A stretch of DNA of 64,000 bases from a bacterium (lineage in GTDB: Bacteria; RUG730): the NCBI GenBank assembly GCA_031551405.1, contig JAVBNQ010000004.1:34185-98184 (forward strand). The letters run 5' to 3'. Shown piece after piece: positions 32,033-41,842 of this stretch (its first letter is position 1; every line of letters begins with the position of its first letter). A model generated the notes under the pieces. That model was not told where the DNA came from. It did no database searches and worked only from the letters and a program-made list of their open reading frames with translations. The translations under genes were made by a program, and so were the position numbers.

Positions 32033-32860
32033 ATGAAAAAAAATAAAATATTGCTTATTGACGTCGGAAATACAAACATAATTATTGGTTTTTCAACGAA
32101 TGACAACAATTTCAACAACATCACTTCTCTAAGATTTTCTACAGACAAAAACGCGACTGTCGACGATTTTGGAATAAAATTGACATTTTTTTTGACTAAC
32201 CAAAACATAGATTGTCGAGAAATCGAGCTCACTTTGATTTCAAGCGTTGTTCCGGAGATCGAACATATTTTGCGCGAATCCATTCAAAAATACATCAAAT
32301 CCAAACTCACCTTTTTCCACGAACTTGATACAAAAAACATATCGAATTTTATAACGATAAATTACAAAAATCCCGACGAAATCGGCTCTGATCGACTTGT
32401 AAATGCAATTGCAGCTGCAAAATTTTACACATTCCCGGCGATTATCGTCGACATTGGCACCGCAGCGACGATCGATATTATTAATTCGAAAAAAGAATAC
32501 ATCGGCGGCGCAATTCTGCCTGGACTAGGAATTTCGGCGAATGCGCTAGCAAAAACGACGTCAAAATTGCCAAAAGTCGATTTCAAATACGTCGGAAATT
32601 TAATTGGAAAAAACACAATTGAAAGTATTCAAAGCGGCATTTTTTATGGGTTTTTGGGAAGCGTCAAATATTTTAAGCTAGAGTTGAAAAAACAAAAACA
32701 ATTAAAAAATGCTAAGATGATTTTAACAGGCGGATTTACTAAAATTTATGAAAAACACACGAATATTTTTGATATTTTAGACGGAGATTTGACGTTAAAA
32801 GGTCTCAAGCTAATTTGTCGTCAGCTTTTAAAAGAAGGCAAAAATGTTCATAAGTCTTGA
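32033..32860 (+). CDS. coaX: Type III pantothenate kinase
   Basis: LLIDVGNTNI N-terminus; …GSDR… motifs. Confidence 0.8.
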   Translation: MKKNKILLIDVGNTNIIIGFSTNDNNFNNITSLRFSTDKNATVDDFGIKLTFFLTNQNIDCREIELTLISSVVPEIEHILRESIQKYIKSKLTFFHELDTKNISNFITINYKNPDEIGSDRLVNAIAAAKFYTFPAIIVDIGTAATIDIINSKKEYIGGAILPGLGISANALAKTTSKLPKVDFKYVGNLIGKNTIESIQSGIFYGFLGSVKYFKLELKKQKQLKNAKMILTGGFTKIYEKHTNIFDILDGDLTLKGLKLICRQLLKEGKNVHKS

Positions 32861-33455
32861 AGGTATCGACGGAGCCGGAAAAAGCACTCAGCTCGAGCTG
32901 TTGATCAAATTTTTAAAAGCTAGAAGCGTGAAATTTATTGTGACGAGAGAGCCGGGCGGCTGTGAAATTTCCGAAAAAATCCGACATCTTTTGCTCGACA
33001 AACAAAACGAAATTTCAACAAAAACCGAGCTTTTGCTGATGATTGCGGCGAGAAGTGAGCATTACGAAAAAATTATAAAACCAGCGCTAAAAGATGGAAC
33101 ACTCGTGATTTGCGACAGATTCATCGACTCAACAACGGCGTATCAAGGATTTGGCAGAGAAATTGATTTGCAAACAATCGATTTTTTAAACAATTTTGCA
33201 ACGGAAAAGACTGTTCCTGATGTAACGCTTTTTTTTGACATCGACGCAAAAATCGCCACAAAAAGGCTTGCTAAAAAATCTCTCGACAGATTTGAAAATG
33301 AAGGTTTGAAATTTCAAGAAAAAATCCGAGCCGGATTTTTGGAAATCGCGAAAAAAAATCCCTATAGATTCAAAGTAATTGATACGACAAATTTAACTCC
33401 AGACGAGATTCACAAAAAAACGTTGGAAATTTTGCGTGAAAAATTGCACTTTTAA
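32844..33455 (+). CDS. tmk: Thymidylate kinase
   Basis: MFISLEGIDGAGKSTQ P-loop; 203 aa. Confidence 0.85.
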   Translation: MFISLEGIDGAGKSTQLELLIKFLKARSVKFIVTREPGGCEISEKIRHLLLDKQNEISTKTELLLMIAARSEHYEKIIKPALKDGTLVICDRFIDSTTAYQGFGREIDLQTIDFLNNFATEKTVPDVTLFFDIDAKIATKRLAKKSLDRFENEGLKFQEKIRAGFLEIAKKNPYRFKVIDTTNLTPDEIHKKTLEILREKLHF

Positions 33456-33467
33456 CGAGGTAAAACT

Positions 33468-34370
33468 TTGAGTTTTTCAGACATAATCGGACAAGATAGA
33501 ACAATAAAAATACTCGAAAACACAATACAATCTCAAAAAATTGCAAATGCTTATATTTTCGTTGGAGAAAATTCGTCCGGTCGAAAAAAAACGGCATTGG
33601 AATTTGCAAAAACGCTGAATTGTAAAAATCTCGCGGATTTTACGAGCTGCGAAACTTGCCAAAACTGCAAAAAAATAAATAACAGAACTCACCCGGAAAT
33701 CAAAATCTGGAACGAGGAAAACAAAAATATTTCGATTGACGACATAAAAGAAATTCAAAAAGAATTGCAATACAAAAAAACCGAAGCTATTTTTAGATTT
33801 GTAATTATTGACAACGCCGAAAAAATGTCTCGTGAAGCCGCCAATTCTTTCCTAAAAACCCTCGAGGAACCACCGCTTTTTACAGTCATAATTTTGATCG
33901 TAAAAAATTTATCCAATCTTTTAAAAACAATCGTTTCCCGATGTCAAATTGTAAAACTCAAAGACTTGACTCAAGACGAAAAAGTTCAAGTTCTTAGCAA
34001 AAATTTGAACCAAGATGCAAAAGCTATCGAAAATGCTTTGCTTATTTCCGGGAACAATCTCGAAGAGGCAAAAAATTTGCTGAGTGGCGAAAAAAACGAT
34101 GAGACGTCTCAAAAATTCTTGGAGATTTATGAAAGCTTAAATCAAAAAAATTTTTCGTCACAAATGCAAAAAAATTGGGAAAATCTGGCAAAAGATAAAG
34201 AAATATTTGAAAATTTTTTAAGTTTCATCATAAACAAAAATGCCAATTTCTCGAGCAAAAAAAACGCAAAAAACCTCGAATTATTTTTAAAAGCAAAACA
34301 CTTTTTTGATAGAAACGTGAGTCCAAAATTGATCTGGATTTGGATCTATTCCCAACTCGCAAACTCCTAA
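33468..34370 (+). CDS. holB: DNA polymerase III delta-prime subunit
   Basis: AAA-like …YIFVGENSSGRKK… and Zn-module C-x-x-C…C-x-x-C; follows tmk as commonly seen. Confidence 0.7.
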   Translation: MSFSDIIGQDRTIKILENTIQSQKIANAYIFVGENSSGRKKTALEFAKTLNCKNLADFTSCETCQNCKKINNRTHPEIKIWNEENKNISIDDIKEIQKELQYKKTEAIFRFVIIDNAEKMSREAANSFLKTLEEPPLFTVIILIVKNLSNLLKTIVSRCQIVKLKDLTQDEKVQVLSKNLNQDAKAIENALLISGNNLEEAKNLLSGEKNDETSQKFLEIYESLNQKNFSSQMQKNWENLAKDKEIFENFLSFIINKNANFSSKKNAKNLELFLKAKHFFDRNVSPKLIWIWIYSQLANS

Positions 34371-34600
34371 AACTTATACTCAAACTCAAAATACCATTTA
34401 TTCAGCAAATCTTTGTCGTAATAAAATATTTGCGAAGCCTCTTCCTCGTCGTAAACATCAAACACTTTTTTCATTAAATTGTCTTTCACATACCATTTAA
34501 ATTTTAGGCTAAAGTTTTTATTCAAGCTCGAGTTTAGTCCAAAAATATATGAAAACTTATCATCGGTAATCGAAGAAATATTCGAATCTGTAACATTCAT
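34367..34600 (-). CDS. 77-aa ORF resembling the C-terminal beta-strands of an outer-membrane beta-barrel (ends …YFEFEYKF)
   Basis: C-terminal aromatic-rich strand pattern ending in Phe; ATGA overlap with upstream 566-aa ORF. Confidence 0.35.
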   Translation of the reverse strand: MNVTDSNISSITDDKFSYIFGLNSSLNKNFSLKFKWYVKDNLMKKVFDVYDEEEASQIFYYDKDLLNKWYFEFEYKF

Positions 34601-36297
34601 TTGAGCTGAAAAAAAGTTTTTTTGAATAACAAAATTTTGAGATAAAAATTCATGTATTCGGAAAAATATTTGTATTCCGGAATATCTATTCCTTTGATTT
34701 TTTTCGAATATTTTGCGCTAAAATTAAAAGCTTTTAAATCGTAACCGATTTTATAGTCGAGATATTCGTCTTTTCGTTTGTAAAAAGTTCTCGCAATTTC
34801 CGCAACATCTCTATCATAAAATCTATAACCAACCTCGTAAAAAATGTTTTGATTTGTAAATCTCGTCCGTGCAAAATACGTTTTGTTCACAGTTTTTGGA
34901 AAAGCGAAAATATTATAAGTTTTCGTTTTTGAGTCGTAAATTCGCTTCTTCGAATATTGAAAAACGTCGCTTTCAAAATTAAATTGTATCTTTCTCACTC
35001 GAGAAAAATCATAACCATAATTACCGCTAAATCTAAAGCCTTCCTCGTCGCTGCATTTAAAATATTTTTTGTCCGGATGCAAGGAAAGCGAGTTTGAGAA
35101 CGGATTCTCGTAATTAAAATCATAATTCCGATATGAAACATAAAAATCAAAATCCTTTTTATTATCAAACCCGAATTTATTTACAAATGCCGAACTCTTA
35201 TTGGCGAAGCTTATTTCGTTTTTATAGAAAAAATTGTTGGAATTCAAGTCGAAAAAAAGCCCTTTTCCTTCGTAATTTTTCGTGCTAAATAAATCATGAA
35301 AATATTCATTTTTCGCAGAATAATAAACTCCGCCAACTTTAAAAAAATTTATGAAATTGTAAACAATCGACGCGGCTTGGATTTCCTCGTGATCGAAACT
35401 ATTTACAGTTTGCTTTTTGATTTCGCCGCCAATATTTTTGACTTGAATAGCATCGAGAGGATTTTCAGAACTCGAATAAGCATAATAAAATTCAAAATTT
35501 TTGAAAATTTTATAAATTCCGACTCCCATCAGAAAATTATTGTTTATAAATTCCTTTTTAGTAGTTTTTTCGTATGGAATATTCCTGCGAAAAGGCAAAT
35601 TCAAATCCTCGGAAAACCCTTCCTTCAACTTATTCGAAAGACCAAAAGTGAGGCCCATTCCAAATCTTGCTTGAAAATTCCCAAGCCAAACTTCGTCGAC
35701 AAAAGTTTTTGATTTTACGAAATCTTCTGATTTTTCAGGGTTATTCAAAACATTTTTATTTTGGGGTTTTTGAGTAGTTTTTACGCTTTTTTTGCTTGAG
35801 GAAATTGCCGAATATTTTATGTAAAACTTCTCGAGATCCAATTTTTTGTCCAATTTTTCAGTGGCAAAAAAATGCTGCGCTTCGTCGTAATTTCGCTCGA
35901 AAACATTTCGATAAATTCCTAGTCCGCCGAACTCAAAATTTTTAACGTTATATTTTAATTTCAAATAATTCGTAAAATCACTGTTTTTTTCTTTATAATC
36001 ATCGAGCTCCGTAATAAATTTCACGTCTAATTTTTGTTTTTCGCCTAACTTTTCGCCATCTTTGAATTCTTCCTCAAAATATTCGAAAGTCGTCAAATAT
36101 TCCTCGTAAGTAGCCTGGTCAATAAGTCCGGATTCGTAAAAATAGTTGAGCTCATCCGCACTCGTAAAATCAAAATCATAGTACGCAAATACAACCGCTA
36201 CAAACGTAAAAAAATAAAATATAAAAAAAAGGACGCTTTTGCAAACGTCCTTTTTGGCTCGATATAAAAAATTCTTGTTAATCTTTGTCAACCCCAT
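34597..36297 (-). CDS. Large outer-membrane-associated protein (N-terminal anchor/signal, Tyr/Phe/Asn-rich beta-rich body)
   Basis: 566 aa; N-terminal hydrophobic segment; amphipathic alternating pattern; likely the same gene as the 77-aa ORF downstream. Confidence 0.4.
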   Translation of the reverse strand: MGLTKINKNFLYRAKKDVCKSVLFFIFYFFTFVAVVFAYYDFDFTSADELNYFYESGLIDQATYEEYLTTFEYFEEEFKDGEKLGEKQKLDVKFITELDDYKEKNSDFTNYLKLKYNVKNFEFGGLGIYRNVFERNYDEAQHFFATEKLDKKLDLEKFYIKYSAISSSKKSVKTTQKPQNKNVLNNPEKSEDFVKSKTFVDEVWLGNFQARFGMGLTFGLSNKLKEGFSEDLNLPFRRNIPYEKTTKKEFINNNFLMGVGIYKIFKNFEFYYAYSSSENPLDAIQVKNIGGEIKKQTVNSFDHEEIQAASIVYNFINFFKVGGVYYSAKNEYFHDLFSTKNYEGKGLFFDLNSNNFFYKNEISFANKSSAFVNKFGFDNKKDFDFYVSYRNYDFNYENPFSNSLSLHPDKKYFKCSDEEGFRFSGNYGYDFSRVRKIQFNFESDVFQYSKKRIYDSKTKTYNIFAFPKTVNKTYFARTRFTNQNIFYEVGYRFYDRDVAEIARTFYKRKDEYLDYKIGYDLKAFNFSAKYSKKIKGIDIPEYKYFSEYMNFYLKILLFKKTFFQLK

Positions 36298-38011
36298 ATT
36301 TTTTCTTCAAAGTCTCATCTTTTTTGTAATGAGTGTGCAAAATCTTGTGAGCTTTATGACTGCCTGGTTTCTCGAGATATTTTTCGTAAAGTTTTTTAAT
36401 ATCCGGGTTTTCTTGCGATTTATGCAGTTCGCTCGCTCTATCGTCTTTGTAAATTCCTTCAGTTCTTTTTTTCCTGAATTTTCGATTTTTTGAAACAGGT
36501 TGTCCGCCACCGGAAACACATCCGCAAGGACAAGTCATCACCTCGATAAAATCGTATTTCACTTTTCCTTGCTTCATTTCCTCAATAGTTTTTCGAGCGT
36601 TCAAAAGCCCGCTAATTATCGCGATTTTGAACGTTTTTCCGCCCAAACTTATATCTGCTTCTCTGATTCCTTCCATACCCCTAACTTCCTGAAATTCAAA
36701 CTCGCTTTTCGGCTTGTCAGTAACGAATCTCAATACGGCTTCTGTCACACCACCGGAATTCGCGAAAATCACGCCGGCGCCTGTTTTTTCTCCGAAAGGC
36801 GAATCAAACTCGCCGTCTTTCAAATTCTTGAAATCTTGACCGCTTTCTTTTATCATTTGCGCAAATTCCTGGGTCGTCAAAACATAATCTGTATCAAAAT
36901 TTTCGTCAGCTTTAAATTTATCTTGAGCAGCTTCCGCTTTTTTCGCTGTGCAAGGCATTATTGAAACGACTCGTAAATTCTCTTTTTTTATATTCCAAAG
37001 TTCTGGTCCGTAATTTTTCAAAACTGCAGAAAACATTTGCTGAGGAGATTTACAAGTCGATAAATTTGCCGTGAGCTCAGGATAATAAGTTTCAACAAAC
37101 TTCACCCAAGCCGGACAACACGACGTGAAGAGGGGCATTGTTCCATTATTATTGACTCTATCCAAGAATTCCGTCGCTTCTTCCAGAATCGTCAAATCTG
37201 CACTATACGAAGTATCAAAAATTTTATCAAATCCAATCGTACGAAGCGCTGTGATCATTTTTCCCGTCGTAATTTCTCCGGGCTCGAGACCAAATTCTTC
37301 GCCGATCGCGACTCTGACTGCAGGCGCAATTTGAGCTACCACCATCAGATTTTTATTATTCAAGTCCTTCCAAACTGCTTCAATGTCAGATTTTACGACC
37401 AAAGCACCCGTCGGACAAACTTGCGCGCACTGACCGCAGCCAACGCACTCTGATGCTCCAAGCGGTTTGTCAAAAGCAGTCGCAATGCAAGAATTCGAGC
37501 CTCTGTAAGCAAAATCGATCACTCCAACACCTTGCACTTCCTCACAAACTCTGACGCATTGACCGCACAAAATACATTTATTTTCGTCGCGGGTCAAACA
37601 TATGCCAATTTTTTTTGGAGATTCTTTCTGACGACGTTTAAATCTTATATCTGTAATTCCCATATTCTTTGCCATTTCTTGGAGCGAACAGCCGTAGCTT
37701 TTAGAGCAAGTGTAGCAATTTTGCGAGTGATTCGCCAAAAGCAGTTCCAAAACCGTTTTTCTGAGTTCTCTAACTTCTGCTGTGTTTGTTTTTATCACCA
37801 TTCCTTCACGAGGAGGCGTCGAGCAAGCTGCAACAAGTCCCATTCCTTCGCAATCGACGATACACATTCTACAAGCTCCGTAAATCGAAAGTTCCGGATT
37901 ATAACAAAAAGTCGGGATCTCGATTCCCAATTTCCGAATCACTTCAAGAATATTTTTTTCGCCTTCAATTAAAGCTTTTTGATTATCGACAATCAAATAT
38001 TTTTCTGACAT
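36278..38011 (-). CDS. hydA: [FeFe]-hydrogenase catalytic subunit (HydA/HndD-like)
   Basis: N-terminal 2Fe-2S and 2x4Fe-4S ferredoxin motifs, H-cluster motifs incl. …TSCCPAW… and C-terminal …MTCPCGCVSGGGQP…. Confidence 0.85.
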   Translation of the reverse strand: MSEKYLIVDNQKALIEGEKNILEVIRKLGIEIPTFCYNPELSIYGACRMCIVDCEGMGLVAACSTPPREGMVIKTNTAEVRELRKTVLELLLANHSQNCYTCSKSYGCSLQEMAKNMGITDIRFKRRQKESPKKIGICLTRDENKCILCGQCVRVCEEVQGVGVIDFAYRGSNSCIATAFDKPLGASECVGCGQCAQVCPTGALVVKSDIEAVWKDLNNKNLMVVAQIAPAVRVAIGEEFGLEPGEITTGKMITALRTIGFDKIFDTSYSADLTILEEATEFLDRVNNNGTMPLFTSCCPAWVKFVETYYPELTANLSTCKSPQQMFSAVLKNYGPELWNIKKENLRVVSIMPCTAKKAEAAQDKFKADENFDTDYVLTTQEFAQMIKESGQDFKNLKDGEFDSPFGEKTGAGVIFANSGGVTEAVLRFVTDKPKSEFEFQEVRGMEGIREADISLGGKTFKIAIISGLLNARKTIEEMKQGKVKYDFIEVMTCPCGCVSGGGQPVSKNRKFRKKRTEGIYKDDRASELHKSQENPDIKKLYEKYLEKPGSHKAHKILHTHYKKDETLKKKYGVDKD

Positions 38012-38014
38012 TTT

Positions 38015-39904
38015 TTAACCTCTCACGACTGCGCCAAATTTGCAAGTTGTCTCGCAAACTCCGCATTTTATACACAAATTTTGATCGATTTTATGAACTG
38101 ATTTCACAGTGCCGGTAATAGCGTTGACTGGACATTTTCTTGCGCAAGCCGTACAACCGATACATTTATCCTCGAGAATTTTGTAAGAAACGAGAGAAGT
38201 ACATTTTCCAGTCGGACAATTTTTTTTATGAACATGACAATTATATTCTTCTTTAAAATTTTTGAGAGTTGATAAAACCGGATTTGGAGCAGTTTTTCCG
38301 AGTCCACAAAGAGAACCTTTTTGAACGACTTTTGCCAAATTTTCAAGGTTTATCAGCGTTTCATCCGTCGCATTGCCTTCTCGAATATCTTTGAGCATAT
38401 TTTTAATTTGTTTGGTTCCTTCTCGACACAAAACGCATTTTCCGCAAGATTCGTTCTGAGTAAAATGCATGAAAAAATCTGCAATCGCAATCATACACGT
38501 TGAGTCATTCATCACGACAAGTCCGCCTGATCCGACCATTGCTCCGACTGACTTTAACGATTCGTAGTCTATCGGCAAATTCCAATTCTCTTTTGTCAAA
38601 CATCCGCCGGAAGGTCCTCCAATTTGAACAGCTTTGAAAGAGTCGTTATTTATATTTCCTTTTTCGTCGACAACTCCGCCGGCGATATTCCCGATAATTT
38701 CACCCAAAGTTGTACCAAACGGAACCTCAATAAGTCCGGTATTAACAACATTTCCAGTCACTGCAAAAGTTTTAGTTCCAGCAGAGCCAGGAGTTCCTAT
38801 TTTTTTAAATTCTTGAGCGCCCATATTCATCACAACCGGCACAGTCGTCAAAGTCTCTACGTTATTTATGACAGTCGGTTTTTGCCACAAACCTTTTTGT
38901 GCAGGAAATGGCGGTTTTGGAGATGGCATTCCGCGTTTCCCTTCAATCGAAGCTATCAAAGCAGTTTCTTCTCCGCAAACAAAAGCCCCAGCTCCTTCCA
39001 TCACGTGCAGCTCAAAATTTTTATCCGATCCGAAAATATTTTTGCCAAGAACGCCCAAATTCTTCGCAGATTCAATCGCTTTTTTCATTCTCTCAACTGC
39101 GAGCGGATATTCTGTTCTAACGTAAACATAACCTTCATCGGCTTCGATTGCCATTGCAGCTATTAACATTCCCTCGATAACACTATGCGGATTTCCCTCC
39201 ATAACGCTTCGATCCATAAAAGCCCCAGGATCTCCCTCGTCTCCGTTACAAATAACGTATTTTTTGCTAGATTTTTCTATTCGAGTCAAATCCCATTTTT
39301 TACCGGTCGGAAATCCTCCGCCTCCTCGTCCTCGTAAGCCGGATTCTAAAATCTCTTTACAAATTTCCTCGCTCGTCATTTTTACGACTGCTTTTTCAGC
39401 CATTTTGTAGCCGCCAGCTTGAATGTACTCTTTTATCGATTCTGCGTCGACGAGTCCACAATTCTTTAGCATTAATCTTGTTTGCCTAGTATAAAACGGA
39501 ATTTCTTTCGTGCCTTTGCATTTTTCTTTCGTCGATGGATTCACGTACAAAAGTCTATCGACGATTTTATCGCTCAAAATAGTTTCATTCACAATATCGG
39601 CCACGTCAGAAACTTTTACTTTTGTGTACAAAATTTCATTCGGCAAAATCGTGACGAGAGGCCCCATTTGACAAAAACCCTGACAGCCGCTCCTCGCAAT
39701 ACTTACGTCTTTTCCTTCGTCTTCTTTTTTTAGCTCAACCGTTATTTTCAAATTTTTTTCTTTCAAAATTTTTAAAAGCTCGTCATAAATTTTCAAAGCG
39801 CCATTCGCAACGCAACCAGTTCCGGCACAAATCACGATTCTTTTGTTTATCGACGACAAAACCTGATCAAACTCTTTTTTTATAGCATCTAATTCGACTC
39901 GCAT
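38015..39904 (-). CDS. hydB: NuoF-like NAD(P)H-binding flavoprotein subunit of bifurcating hydrogenase (HydB/HndC-like)
   Basis: …GLRGRGGGGFPTGKKW… FMN/NADH motif, Trx-like N-term and C-terminal 2x[4Fe-4S] (CIGCTAC…CPV). Confidence 0.85.
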   Translation of the reverse strand: MRVELDAIKKEFDQVLSSINKRIVICAGTGCVANGALKIYDELLKILKEKNLKITVELKKEDEGKDVSIARSGCQGFCQMGPLVTILPNEILYTKVKVSDVADIVNETILSDKIVDRLLYVNPSTKEKCKGTKEIPFYTRQTRLMLKNCGLVDAESIKEYIQAGGYKMAEKAVVKMTSEEICKEILESGLRGRGGGGFPTGKKWDLTRIEKSSKKYVICNGDEGDPGAFMDRSVMEGNPHSVIEGMLIAAMAIEADEGYVYVRTEYPLAVERMKKAIESAKNLGVLGKNIFGSDKNFELHVMEGAGAFVCGEETALIASIEGKRGMPSPKPPFPAQKGLWQKPTVINNVETLTTVPVVMNMGAQEFKKIGTPGSAGTKTFAVTGNVVNTGLIEVPFGTTLGEIIGNIAGGVVDEKGNINNDSFKAVQIGGPSGGCLTKENWNLPIDYESLKSVGAMVGSGGLVVMNDSTCMIAIADFFMHFTQNESCGKCVLCREGTKQIKNMLKDIREGNATDETLINLENLAKVVQKGSLCGLGKTAPNPVLSTLKNFKEEYNCHVHKKNCPTGKCTSLVSYKILEDKCIGCTACARKCPVNAITGTVKSVHKIDQNLCIKCGVCETTCKFGAVVRG

Positions 39905-40377
39905 TATTTTGCCTCCTTCATTAAATCGTCGACAACTTTGTTCACTTTTTCAACTGTCATTTCGCCATAAACTTCATCGTTTACGACTATAACCGGCGCA
40001 AGTCCACAAGCTCCGAGACAAGAAACCACTTCAAGAGTCACAAGCTGATCGTCGCTAGTAATTTTGTCTTTGCTTAAATTAAACTTTTTTTGCAGAGAAT
40101 TTATGATGTCTTCTGATTTTTTTACGTGGCAGGCTGTTCCGTCGCAGATTTTGATAATATTTTTGCCTTTTGGAGTGAGAGTGAAATGTGCGAAAAACGT
40201 CGCAACTCCAAACACTTTCGAAGGCGGGATTTTTAATTCAGTCGCAATATACGACATTATGTTTTCCGGCAAATACCTAAATTCTTCCTGAACTTCCTGG
40301 AGAATCGGGATAAGTTTTGCCGCGTCGTTTCCGTATTTCTCCAAAATTTGTTTCACTACTTCAGTTTCGCTTTTCAT
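39904..40377 (-). CDS. hydC: NuoE-like [2Fe-2S] thioredoxin-fold subunit (HydC/HndA-like)
   Basis: 157 aa; C…C…C-x-x-x-C pattern (…CDGTACH…SCLGACG…). Confidence 0.8.
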   Translation of the reverse strand: MKSETEVVKQILEKYGNDAAKLIPILQEVQEEFRYLPENIMSYIATELKIPPSKVFGVATFFAHFTLTPKGKNIIKICDGTACHVKKSEDIINSLQKKFNLSKDKITSDDQLVTLEVVSCLGACGLAPVIVVNDEVYGEMTVEKVNKVVDDLMKEAK

Positions 40378-40479
40378 TTTTTTACCTCGATGGTATAATT
40401 ATTTCGAATATTTTTGTGAGGATGGCTTTATTTTACAACAAAGAAATTCAGAGGATTTAATGAAGGAAAAATTGCAGAC

Positions 40480-40510
40480 ATGGAAGTTAAAAAAGGCTTT
40501 AAACTTCCAT
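40480..40510 (-). terminator. Hairpin overlapping frr stop codon (9-bp stem ATGGAAGTT/AACTTCCAT)
   Basis: Read directly; weak T-tract (aattttt) follows on minus strand; separates frr from hydrogenase genes. Confidence 0.3.
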
Positions 40511-41062
40511 AATTTCTTTTTCTTTGTTTTGAATCATATCGTCGATTTTTTTGATGAATTTATCTGTCATTTTTTGAATTTCTTCTTCGCTTGAAAACAA
40601 CATATCTTCCGGAATTTGCTTTGTTTTTTCAAGATTTTTTAAAGTTTCATTTGCGTCTCGTCTTTCATTGCGAATCATCACTTTGAATTGCTCTTCAATT
40701 TTTTTTGCAAATTTTACCAAATTTTTTCTAGATTCTTCTGTCATATTCGGCAAAATCAATCTTATCAATTTCCCATCATTATTCGGTGTAATGCCAAGTT
40801 GAGATTTTTGAATCGCCTTTTCAATTGCGTCTAAATTTCCCAAATCCCAGGGTTTTATCTCGATTGTTCTGGCTTCCGGAACACTAATATTTGCTAGCTG
40901 ATTGATCGGCATCATCTCACCATAAGCCTCAACTCGTATCATATCGAGCATCCCGGCGTTTGCTCTTCCAGTTCGCAAAGTAGCAAGCTCTTCTCCCATT
41001 TTTGAGATAGTTTTGTTCATTTTTTCTTCTAACAGAAGCTTTACGCTTTGTATATTTTCCAT
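40499..41062 (-). CDS. frr: Ribosome recycling factor
   Basis: 187 aa, typical RRF. Confidence 0.9.
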   Translation of the reverse strand: MENIQSVKLLLEEKMNKTISKMGEELATLRTGRANAGMLDMIRVEAYGEMMPINQLANISVPEARTIEIKPWDLGNLDAIEKAIQKSQLGITPNNDGKLIRLILPNMTEESRKNLVKFAKKIEEQFKVMIRNERRDANETLKNLEKTKQIPEDMLFSSEEEIQKMTDKFIKKIDDMIQNKEKEIMEV

Positions 41063-41091
41063 AATACCTCTCTGTTTTTAAAATTATTTAC

Positions 41092-41814
41092 TTAAAAACT
41101 ATAACTCGCATTAGCTAAAAAGTTTCCGCCACTCATATCAAATTCTATATTTTGTCCTGGGTTTGTAAACTTATCCAGCTTCCCTATATTTAGAAATGTA
41201 TAACCAAGACTGAATCCAATGCTAAATTTCTCAACAATTTTATAATTTAAACCTATTGAAATATCCGAGGTAAAGGTATTTTTTGAGTCAGAAATATTAT
41301 CATAAAAATAATCAACTCCATTCGGTGAATATTTTCCATCCACCTTAAATTTAAAATTACTCATACCCACTAATAATTTGCCATTTACTTCTATTTTCTC
41401 ATTTAATTCTTTTTCGTATGCTCCACCAATGTAATATGCAAAATTTGAGGCTTTCATTTTATTTTCATAGATGTCTTTAAAAATGAGATCTTCATACATA
41501 ATTTTTCCTTCTCCGCTTTCCCAACTTAAAATTCTAGCTACAACAGAAATTTCCGGAGCAACTTTTTTTGCAATATCCAGGCCAAAAGCAAAACTAGATG
41601 TAGGAATAGTTTCCATTTCTTTAGAAATATTGATATTAGGTAGACTATTATATATTTTTTCTATAGCTTTATTCATGTCTCTGCAATCGCTGCTTGCTGA
41701 TCCAACTAAAACTCCAATTTTAAATCCTTTTAATTCAGTTTCTTGGGAAAAACCAATGGAAGACAACGAAAATAAAAAGATAGAAACAAAAATTAACTTA
41801 GTAATTTTTTTCAT
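41092..41814 (-). CDS. Small outer-membrane beta-barrel protein (OmpW/OmpA-beta-like)
   Basis: Signal peptide, alternating hydrophobic pattern, C-terminal …ANASYSF. Confidence 0.4.
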   Translation of the reverse strand: MKKITKLIFVSIFLFSLSSIGFSQETELKGFKIGVLVGSASSDCRDMNKAIEKIYNSLPNINISKEMETIPTSSFAFGLDIAKKVAPEISVVARILSWESGEGKIMYEDLIFKDIYENKMKASNFAYYIGGAYEKELNEKIEVNGKLLVGMSNFKFKVDGKYSPNGVDYFYDNISDSKNTFTSDISIGLNYKIVEKFSIGFSLGYTFLNIGKLDKFTNPGQNIEFDMSGGNFLANASYSF

Positions 41815-41842
41815 AATTTTTCTCCTGTTTTTTATATTTAAT

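Noticed and set aside
38104-39733. Several ORFs of 60-180 aa inside and antisense to hydA/hydB
   Set aside because: They are shadow ORFs within genes that have unambiguous hydrogenase/NuoF motifs.
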